Shown: positions 55,701 to 64,000 of the stretch, piece by piece | Layout: each line of letters starts with the position of its first letter | How positions within the stretch are numbered: position 1 is the stretch's first letter | Assembly (NCBI GenBank): GCA_965285935.1 | Contig: OZ260661.1 | Span: 146,134,001-146,198,000, forward strand | From: Ophelia neglecta | Lineage: Eukaryota | Direction of reading: 5' to 3' | DNA: 64,000 nt | The notes under the pieces: generated by a model | What the model saw: the letters and a program-made list of their open reading frames with translations, nothing else | The model's database searches: none | Told to the model about the DNA's origin: nothing | Made by a program: the position numbers and the translations under genes

Positions 55701-57126
55701 CCAGCTCTCTGTCCTCTATCGCCCTGCCACAGGACTGGGTCTAGGACAGGTCTGGCAGGACCAAGGTACCGCAGTGATGCAAGTACATGTATCAATAATG
55801 CAAAGCACGGAGACAATAGTTGTCTGCCATTCATTCCCTCTACTTATACAGATACCAGACAATTGGGAAATTCATGTGTGTGACAACTAATCTTGACAAA
55901 ATTAAAAATTCCAAATTAGCAGCTTTAATTCTTTGCAAACATTGCCACTGGTATGTAGTACAGTAGTGGTGGACATTTTTTACTCATAATTTGTGAATTG
56001 TGTTCAAAATGCTCACCTATACAGCCTCCTAGGAAGGCACCAGGAGGTCCCCCGACAGCTCCCCCAACCGCCGTCCCTACAGCCGCATAGCACACCTGGT
56101 GGAAGATACCTGAAATACAAAGTTACCACAGTGATACCTGGTGCTAGACACTTGAAAAACAGCAATGCCATGCCAGAGTTCTGACCAACCATTGGTCTGC
56201 AGGGGCTTAAATCTTTGGTGGACTGGCAGAAGAAATAGCCCCCATATTTTCAGCCACTTACAACGGGATTTATGTATTGGCAGTGGTATAAATAGTAAGT
56301 ACCAGCAAAATACAGGGGTCTACACTAACTATTGCCCGACGTCCCGGGGCACCCCAAACTGCTTGCGGGCAAAAAGTTTTAGTTACTAACTTCCCGCCGG
56401 GCAACCTGCTAAAATTCCCCAAACTGCCGATTGTTGAATATCTTGTATATTTTATATGTACAATTATTTTTGGGACAGTAAGCCTATGGTGCGGGCAAGT
56501 AGTTTCCTGGTGATACTTGCCCTCAGGGCAAGTGCTGAGAAAAGTTAGTGTAGACCCCTGAAATATTGGCAGGACTAGCCACATTGTTTACTCCTTCAGT
56601 CCTTCTGACTAGCACTAACTTCAGTCTTAACCAGAAATCTGCCCTGCTGACACCCAGATATTTCCTATAATATATCTATACATAGATCTTGAGTTTGCAA
56701 CTCTATGGGGGCCTGCAGGAACTCAAGTGTGCTTGACAAATAAGGGTTTACTGAAAGTAGGTGTGAGCATGAAGGTAGACAGGTGTGAACCTGAAGGTAG
56801 ACAGGTGTACATGAAGGTAGACAGGTGTGAACATGAGGGTAGACAGGTGTGAACATGAGGGTAGACATGTGAGAGCATGAAGGTAGACAGGTGTGAACAT
56901 GAAGTTAGATAGGTGTGAACATGAAGTTAGACAGGTGTGAACATGAAGGTAGACAGGTGTGAACATGACGGCAGGAAATGTGACTGTGAAGGTTGAATGT
57001 GGACTGAGCCCTAGAGACCAAGCCTTTACCTTTGGCTGTTTTCTTGAGATCTTGGTTTGTCTCCAGTATTTGCATGATTTGGTTGTAGTATGGCATGAAC
57101 ATCATCCCAGCAATATTGGCAGCCAT
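42697..57126 (-). CDS. C19orf12: C19orf12-family (MPAN / Drosophila Nazo-like) glycine-zipper membrane protein, 137 aa; join(57030-57126, 56017-56109, 45061-45210, 42697-42770)
   Basis: MAANIAGMMFMPYYNQIMQILETNQDLKKTAKGIFHQVCYAAVGTAVGGAVGGPPGAFLGGCIGGFIGLKTVETYESLISVLREMTDENKQRLVQKVQELVGSGSLEALTAFIGTQVNRELFINLIREFASQTTKGG*. The GGxVGGPPG..GG.IGG motif and size match C19orf12; all introns GT-AG, phase 1. Confidence 0.88.
43385..45058. repeat. 20-bp satellite (cacagaggtattacccatat), about 80 copies
   Basis: Abuts the donor at 45060; source of the spurious 548/393/233-aa ORFs. Confidence 0.97.
45061..45210 (-). CDS. C19orf12: C19orf12-like exon 3
   Basis: 150 nt, TTCCAG/GTGAGT boundaries. Confidence 0.88.
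45443..46002. repeat. 56-bp tandem array, 10 copies, derived from a MITE terminus
   Basis: cagtggtccctgcgatgtagggcccctccaatgaagggccacctgcgatggcagga matches the reverse complement of the right end of the MITE at 62857-63033. Confidence 0.93.
46188..46540 (-). mobile_element. Dispersed repeat with tRNA-like head (SINE-like); body also at ~60996-61270
   Basis: Minus-strand TGGCAAACTTGG...GGTTCAAACCCC at 46518-46462; agagcagtttgtgaacatacttagcaca...gagtctagattggatatccttgtcc shared with the 61-kb copy. Confidence 0.6.
47179..47970 (+). CDS. LINE ORF1 protein (coiled coil + RRM-like + CTD, L1-ORF1/Transposase_22-like), 263 aa
   Basis: Heptad region, then DLEGWTRKSSVRIHGL, DIDVAHIL, PPVIICKF, IFEDIT, AWANNGKVFVK motifs typical of this ORF1 class. 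Confidence 0.85.
   Translation: MPPKRNQSQSTSDAFVLDKVETDAIVEKAVMAAMDSYQQSITSLIQDKMEAMDARVTATEKSSSDAIASLKQMVSSLSDRTTRLEACLQETQSDLNDLEGWTRKSSVRIHGLAVKPQQSCVQACLTLFNDTMKLKVHEKDIDVAHILPRSSSERNRNSPPVIICKFIKVATKLYVLKDRSTFLKDLTPHILIFEDITRKNLKLLKDLRQTMIDNPDSAIEGAWANNGKVFVKSKKDPGRPLIVRITNAAETMQSTMPSSYSNA
48569..52811 (+). pseudogene. LINE ORF2 (N-terminal PHD finger, APE endonuclease, reverse transcriptase) disrupted by a TGA (48974), a MITE (50302-51215) and a frameshift (~51250)
   Basis: CNGC...CSIC...HVQC...CICC; HINIRS, GITETW, VYRPP, GDFN, IDNIF, SDH; YRPVS, FLDFSKAFD, GVPQGSILGP, FADD, FLGV. Confidence 0.93.
50302..51215. mobile_element. PIF/Harbinger-type MITE, 914 bp
   Basis: TIR GGGAGCGTTCATTATTAACATCCGGGGG / CCCCCGGATGTTAATAATGAACACTCCC, TTA TSD, subterminal TGACCCCCCC repeats. 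Confidence 0.9.
53880..54432. mobile_element. 553-bp hAT-like non-autonomous element with 5-bp TSD
   Basis: Ends CCGTGATT / AATCACTG, flanked by AGACA on both sides; CpG-rich interior. Confidence 0.6.
54433..55625. repeat. ~78-85-bp minisatellite, about 14 copies
   Basis: gagcagacagtagagacacaggactgggtctacctctctcc...ctagaccagctctctgtcctctatcactg. Confidence 0.93.
56017..56109 (-). CDS. C19orf12: C19orf12-like exon 2 (glycine zipper)
   Basis: 93 nt, TTTCAG/GTGAGC boundaries; missed by the ORF track. Confidence 0.88.
56313..56560 (-). mobile_element. Second copy of the CAGGGGTCTACACTAACT MITE, opposite orientation
   Basis: Same TIRs and interior as 35611-35860; flanking duplication AAATA. Confidence 0.9.
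56755..56968. repeat. 20-bp minisatellite (gaacatgaaggtagacaggtgt), about 10 copies
   Basis: Direct inspection. Confidence 0.92.
57030..57126 (-). CDS. C19orf12: C19orf12-like coding exon 1 (exon starts at acceptor 57157)
   Basis: TCTTTCAG acceptor, AAGATGG Kozak-like context, donor G|GTAAAG. Confidence 0.82.
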
Positions 57127-57717
57127 CTTGATTTTATCCCGAATTCCTGCGACGCCCCTGAAAGATGCAATGCTCAACATTTACAAGTTTGTACAATGAA
57201 AAGTTGCATCTCTGTATATATAAAAATTTAGAAATATTAAATGCTGATATTTAATGAGAAATATATTCAAAATTTATGTTTCATTTATTGGTGAAACAAA
57301 AGATGAAATTAGAGTCAAATATCTCATCTCTGAATTTTTTTATGTTATAGCTTGTTTGGATCATACAGTAAAATGTTTAATTTTTAGTTTTCATTTCACG
57401 TTCTTTGCAAACTAACTAAAATGATTAATTAAAACCTAGCAAACTTTTTTTCCTCAAATGAACATCAAGTGTTAAATCACCTGCTAGTCTCTTCCTAAAC
57501 ACAGAAGATTAAATACTTTTGTGGAAAGTGCAACAATTGAACTAAAATAAATCACAAAAATTTAATATGACAAATAATAAAGAAGATAAAAATGTTCGAT
57601 CCTTTTTTCTTTTTTGGAATTCCAATTTGGGAAAAATGGACACTGCAAAATACAGATATTTAATAGGAGCCTATCATTTTCTGAACAGATTCCAAGTATA
57701 AGTAGTATCAGCTTGGT

Positions 57718-57929
57718 TAAATGTTAAATGTATGGGTTTTAACGTCCCTTTCAACACTTGAGAGGTCATATCGGGACAGGGAGTCTCTTGGAAAGATGAG
57801 GCGAAGGTCTGATGAATCACTCCCCCGACACAAGGTTAGGTTGAAAACAGCCCTCTCAAGCTGGGTTCAAACTCAGACCTTGGAGGTCGGAGGTCCAGCA
57901 CGCTACCACTGGACCACGGAGACTCCCTT
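57718..57929 (-). mobile_element. SINE with 15-bp TSD
   Basis: TSD TAGTATCAGCTTGGT at 57703 and 57930; minus-strand tRNA-like head GTGGTCCAGTGGTAGCGTG...GAGTTTGAACCC; 3' end (ttttaacgtc.ctttcaacactt...ggtcatatc) similar to the 5742 SINE. Confidence 0.8.
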
Positions 57930-58876
57930 TAGTATCAGCTTGGTATTATTTTATCAGCATTGACTGTGTCAACTGTAAATATCTAAGCAAGTGATTGTTG
58001 CACAAATCTCAGATATAAACCATCCTGTGTCACTTGGCAGAAATTTGGATCCTCAAAAAGGGCCTGGATATATTAGTGTCTTGCTCTCGGTCCAAAACCT
58101 ATCAGTCGAACATGTTCATCTTTAAAATGTGTTGTTCGGCATAACAGTTGAAGTTATTTCATCCAAAGTATTACCATTTTAATGTACAAAAAAGATAAGA
58201 GTATTTTCCAAGTATTTATGACTATTACACTAATGTATTATATTAACTATCATGTCTAAAACAGATTATAATGTCTTCAACACAAATATACAACAGCCCT
58301 GGACAAACCAGTACCAGTGGGTCCTCCCAGTATAGAAAACGGTACCATCTTTTTGGGAGGAAAATCTTGCAATCCACTTCACTAGAAAAAAGTGGACCAA
58401 GGATATTTGGTTGAATCAAATCCCCAAAATCTTGTCAATAGTTAATGAATTTGAGCTAAAAAAATACTTTTACAACACAGCATTCAATCAAACAAAAATG
58501 CAGCCAGCAATATCTTTGCAAGTTCTGACTGTGAGGATGGCTAGTTGCTTCAAAAGCGCAGCCAATCATGGACTGACAATACCAAGCCTTTAGATCGAAC
58601 CTTTACCTACATTGGTCTAGCTTTGGGCTTTCTAGAGGAAGTGGTATTTCCAAGCTTCTTAACATGTCCTGATAACTTTGGCTTCATTTTTCCAAGGTAC
58701 AAGGTCTGCAGAATTATTCAAGGTGTGTTAAATGCTCCCAAATGGAATCAATGTGTAATCACTCTGTGTCACAGCCAATATTCAAACACTAAACAGATTC
58801 ATCAGTAATTCAGGGATCTAGGAACAGTGCCAGTTACTCAGTTGTTTAAAAGGTAGAACGCACAACACAGGCTTTA

Positions 58877-60431
58877 GGCCAAAAAAAAAAATACCTGTGT
58901 TTCCTATTACATGCCAAAAAAAATTAGGGTCGGTAGGTCGATTTTTTCTTTTTTTTTTTCTTCTTTTTTTTAATTAAATAACCGGTCAAACATGGCAATG
59001 CATCGGACATTATTCATGTAATATTCACATGTACTTGTTTTCAAGTTAGAAATGTGCATTAAAATTTAAATAAAGGATACATACATACTTTGATAAAGTC
59101 AAGTTTATTGAATAGCCCACCTAACAGTTGGGCTTCGTCTCACTATTAGTGAAACTAAGGCAAGTTTGGATACAAGGCCTGGTTTTAACTACAAATGAAT
59201 AACGAACAATAATGCAACATTTATATGGAGACATGTCTGCTCCTCCCATTTTTATAGGACACATCATTAAATTGGCAAACCACATTATAGCTATTGCAGA
59301 AACATACAGGAGCCGTCAGAAGACAGTGTGCACATGTATTTGAAACATTGTGCAAAGTCTCACACGCTGAGCCAAGGCGAGTAGGATAGCTTCCTATTCT
59401 TCGAATGATCAATCTAAAAGATCAGTCACTAGGGGTGCAGTTAACTATATCTCTAGTATAACATACTGATACTTCGATCGATAGCACGATGATGATCGAC
59501 CGCTAGTACTAAACAACGAAACCGAGCGAAACCGGGCGAAACCGGGCGAAACCGAGCGAAACCGAGCGAAACCTAGCATAAATATATAGAAGTGGGTGTC
59601 GAGGAGGGGTTATTTGGTTGTTTTAAAGCTACAGATATACTTCAAATTAAATATCTGTCATTTTATCATTGTTTTTTTGCTAAATTATACGATTGTTGTC
59701 TCCCGTCGATCGTGTTTACATTGCAAGGAGGAAGTAATCAACTGTATAGAGTTGCGCATGCCTGAACTAATTCGGATGCCACAGTTTAGTCACAGTAGGG
59801 GGCAGCACTCGTATCTCGATGGTAGATGTTACGAAAATGTCCAAAATATGGATAAAATCGACAAAATAAGAATCCAAATGATAAGGAGGGAAATTTATAT
59901 TAGTGCGTTATACAAACGACTTGTTATATGCCCCAAATATAACTTGCTTTGGGTTGGTTTTCAGTCGCATGCCCCGTGGATACCCCAATGGCTGACATGA
60001 CAACACGATCGACGGGAGACAACAATCGTATAATTTAGCAAAAAAACAATGATAAAATGACAGATATTTAATTTGAAGTATATCTGTAGCTTTAAAACAA
60101 CCAAATAACCCCTCCTCGGCACCCACTTCTATATATTTATGCTCGGTTTCGCTCGGTTTCGCTGGGTTTCGCTCGGTTTCGCCCGGTTTCGTTGTTTAGT
60201 ACAACCCTGATCGACGCCATTTTGACCGTTCTAGCGTCTCGGTAACCCCCGTTTCCGATGACACGTATGCAGGTCATTTCGGCCCAGATTCGTTTCGTCC
60301 ACGAGGCGTTTCGGTCGGAAAATCATGGAAAACGAGGCGTTTCGGTTCGGTCGGAAAAAAAGTTTAGGGTCGGCGGCCAATATATAGGGTCGGTCGGGTG
60401 ACCGGAAACACAGGTATTTTTTTTTTTGGCC
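58877..60431. mobile_element. PIF/Harbinger-type MITE carrying a nested insertion
   Basis: TIR GGCC(A)nTACCTGTGTTTCC at both ends, TTA TSD, subterminal TAGGGTCGG motifs. Confidence 0.88.
59501..60207. mobile_element. Foldback-type element with ~210-bp TIRs and 8-bp TSD
   Basis: 59501-59716 is the near-perfect reverse complement of 60002-60207, including 10-bp CCGAGCGAAA subrepeats; TSD TGATCGAC at 59493 and 60208. Confidence 0.9.
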
Positions 60432-62856
60432 TTATACAAATTAAGGGCCAGCTCAGCATCTTTGGGACTAATCATATGTTAGTTGTATGCTAATCATATG
60501 ACCCACGTGTCGTTGGATCCATGCGCTGATGTGTACAAACCGTGAGGATGAATCATCAAATTGTAAATGGCATGTCCAGCTCAGCTGCCCAGCACGTTCA
60601 CGCAAATATGTATATCAATAAAAAGTTTAAAACTTACGTGTGATAACGGCCCCTTCTCTAATTCTATTGATGCCGGATAACTTTGTATTCATAAAGTGTA
60701 GTTATTATATGTCAATCGTTTTAAGTGGCAAAACCAGCATAAATGGCAAGATTCTGATGAAATGTGCTTCCCACTTAGTCCGGGGAAATCCCTCTAAATT
60801 GCCTAAAACATCGGCAGGTGCAATGGGAATCCCCTTCCTATACCCGATACAACGCCAGGGGCTAATGATGTAAAGCTTATAGGCACTACTCCTTTTTCTA
60901 CTCCTGTATTCGTGTTGCAATCGGCTTGGGTTGGTGGTGGTTGTTGGGGGGGGGGGGGGGGCAGGGGAGGGAGTTTTCTTTGTGATGTCTTTAACAGAGC
61001 AGTTTGTGAACATACTTAGCACATATACCCTAGTCTGAAATAGCTGCAAATGTGAATTTTGTGTTTGAGTCTAGATTGGATATCCTTGTCCATGTATAAC
61101 TTCAACCCAATAACCCCAAATTTGTTGCTTAAATGTACAACTTGTATATATTGCTAATTGCTTTAAGCAAATTATATATCAAGATTCTTACCATGTTTTT
61201 TTTACAATTTTATATAAGTGACACTATTGCACATTTTACAAGGTTAAAATGACTTTAATAAAAATCGATTGAATTAATATACATGTAAAAGCATTCCACC
61301 ATGGAGTTTTCCACCATTGCCGGGGCCCATGGCGGGGGGGGGGGGGCAATAGGGGGGGGGTGTCTGCCATCAGGAACCACTATGTGTGCTCCACAGGTAT
61401 TATTTCTGACCTTAGAATCTATAAGTTAACCCTTTTTCTGACAGGATGCTATAACATTTTGGGATAAGGAAACGCACAAAATTCACCTGTGCTATAATTC
61501 CGCCAAGTTTTGAGTGGTCATATATACTTTGACTCACTAAAAGTTTAGCTGGTGAGCCTCTGGTGGTAAAATTTGTGCTATTGAAAAAAAATGAAGCAAT
61601 TTTCTACCACGCAATCCATTATTACATTTTAAACCCTGTAATATATACTCATTTTCAATAGTATGCCAGAAGCTAGTTGGATTTTCAGGGGCCTTACCAT
61701 AAGATTAACCTCCAATTTGAGATTCCCCACTCCCGGGAAACAACCCTGTACTGCTGGAGGAAACCGTTATAATCCTGGCAGGATGGGGGGAGTTACATTT
61801 GATCACTGCAACACATCTGAGAAGTCAACTTTTGCAAAGATTGAGGGATTTTCATGTTGAAGGAAACTTAAGGGAGGGAAAATTTAAAGAAATATTTAGA
61901 TATTTCTGTCAAAAAATAATGGGGTGGTTATTTACTACGAGTTGGGGGGGGGGGGGGGGTGAGTCACTAATCTTTGCTCCAGTTTTCAGTGAAAATGGTA
62001 TGACCCCCCCCCCCCCTACAAGAGACTCCACTGATTCTAGGACACTGCTCAAGTAGAGCTGGACTCCTACTGTATACTGTAAAGTCAGATAGGATTATAT
62101 TTTACTATTTTTATTGTCCTAAAAAATGAAAAAGTGCTCTAGATCCTGTAGATTTATTTATAGCAGAAATTGTGCATTATTTCAACTTAAAATTAGGCAG
62201 TCAGGAAATTAATCTCTCACAAAAACACTTTCTTTTAGTTTTGGGAAGTTAAATTCCCACAACCGTTTCTAACTTTACAGTATACATTGTTACGGTTAAA
62301 TATTGCCACTGGACTAACCTAGCGATCTTGCTACGACACTTAGCATGTTTAATAACATTGTGTTTTTTAATTTAGTGGCTATTACGAGTTATTTAGGTCT
62401 TATTACAAGCAAACAAATAATCGCGATTATTAAATTAGCAAGCGATCATTTCTTTTGCAAAACTGGCTAATTTAATCCCCTGCAAACATTTTCCCTGCAC
62501 ACTTTTTTACCATTAAAATATTATAAATGCTTAACCTCACCATTTAACTGCCATGGTAATTAAAGGCAAAAATAAACTGCTGCAAGAGAGTTTACAAATA
62601 GGTTAGTTTATTCTTTTCAATCACTTAAAATAACAAAGCACATCAATTGGTACAAAAGTAGAACTAATATTTTGTTGTTACAGGAACTTATCTACTTGCA
62701 AGCTAGGATGAATGGCACAGTGTTGACCATTAGATGGTCTTTCAATTATAATTAAAGCTAGTATCAAATACTGACAGTGGTTTTAATTAGGGCACTTCAA
62801 ACATGATTCCATACTTTCAGATCTTGACACATCTGGTGACTTTGTATGTACATGTA

Positions 62857-63033
62857 CAGTGGTCCCTGCAATGTAAGGCCAGCCCTAAATCCAAGGAAAA
62901 GTGGCCCTATATTGCGGGTGGCTCTTCATCAGAGGTACTTTAGCATGGAAAAAAAAGACATGGGATTCAACAACTTGTCCTGCCATCGCAGGTGGCCCCT
63001 CATTGGAGGGGCCCTACATCGCAGTGACCACTG
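62857..63033. mobile_element. Intact 177-bp Tc1/mariner-type MITE
   Basis: TA|CAGTGGTCCCTGCAATGTA ... TACATCGCAGTGACCACTG|TA; partial copy at 36526-36580. Confidence 0.88.
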
Positions 63034-64000
63034 TATATGTAACTCTTGATGATTGCCTGGTGACCAAGCTAGGTGTAGGTTTTACATTGATATCGGACAA
63101 TGAGCCATTCATTATTTAAAACATCAGTAGCATATCACATAAATTATGGTAAATTTGTTAGGTCAATTAATAACTAGCATCACAATGTTGTAATTTTAAA
63201 AAGGGGGCAGGATATAAATAGTTATAAATAAATTATCCTAAAATTGCTTGCATAAACTTTCAATAAATACTCCTCAATTATTTGAACAATCTTTTCAATA
63301 AATATTATTTCTATCAGAGGTAAATTTAATTCACACAATAGTAATTGTGCAGTGTTGTTTTGCAATACTGTTCAACAGTCCTGACTACAATCATTCAGGC
63401 ACTATCACCTGGGGAAGGGATGGTAAATATTTCTGTCTGCCTGTTTGTACAAAATCTTCAATACTTTCAAAGATATGATAGAAAAAGCGCTTTTGATATA
63501 ATAAATTAATAGTTTTAACTAAATAATAATTATCCGAAATTCACAAGAATAAATCCAGTTCTTCCTCTCAATAAGGTCTATGGCGGTGTCAAATTAAAAA
63601 AGATGCATCCAATATTTTTTGTGTTATTGCAGAAAATGCGTTTCCAACATAATAAAATAATTATTTTAACTAATTAAAGGTCTATGGCTGTGTACAATTT
63701 GAAAAAGATGTATGAGATGGTTTTTGAATCGAATCTGCGGTGACAGCAATAGTCGCATTAGAAATTGAATTTGAATAATCGAATTCTTTGCAAATTCATC
63801 CATTATTATAATAGACCTAATGCAGCTAAATATTATAGACGAAAACAAGTATGAGAAAAAATATTCTAAATTAATTTAAATACGAATTTCTTTGTTAAAA
63901 TCACTCAGGTAAAAGTGTGAATAATGGTCATTCCTAACCAAAGAACTAACAAGGCGTTTAGAAATGCAGGGCCCCCACCAATATGTAGGGATAGTCAATA

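Noticed and set aside
60640-61049. 77- and 114-aa ORFs upstream of C19orf12-like
   Set aside because: No recognisable domain; the longer one starts in a dispersed repeat and crosses a poly-G tract.

Overview
Eukaryotic genomic DNA from an invertebrate animal, plausibly lophotrochozoan (inference). It has two N-gaps and three intron-containing genes, all on the minus strand, assembled by hand from splice sites and phase. (1) 5' part of an SRSF10/SRSF12-type SR splicing factor (ATG 4931; exons run off the left edge). Its second intron is a U12 AT-AC intron that appears to hide a U2/U12 nested poison exon. (2) A complete LIM-domain-binding gene (LDB2/LDB1/Chip type, 9 coding exons, about 379 aa from ATG 21565), with candidate alternative first and last exons and a probable promoter near 41.5 kb. 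(3) A 137-aa C19orf12-family gene (57126-42697). The introns are full of minisatellites, several of which are built from the adjacent exon-intron junction, plus SINEs and MITEs. One intron holds a four-level nest: Tc1/mariner-type MITE > L2 3' fragment > full-length decayed CR1/L2-group LINE > PIF/Harbinger-type MITE. Most ORFs in the supplied track are tandem-repeat artefacts. No database searches were run; family calls rest on remembered protein sequences and terminal/TSD signatures.
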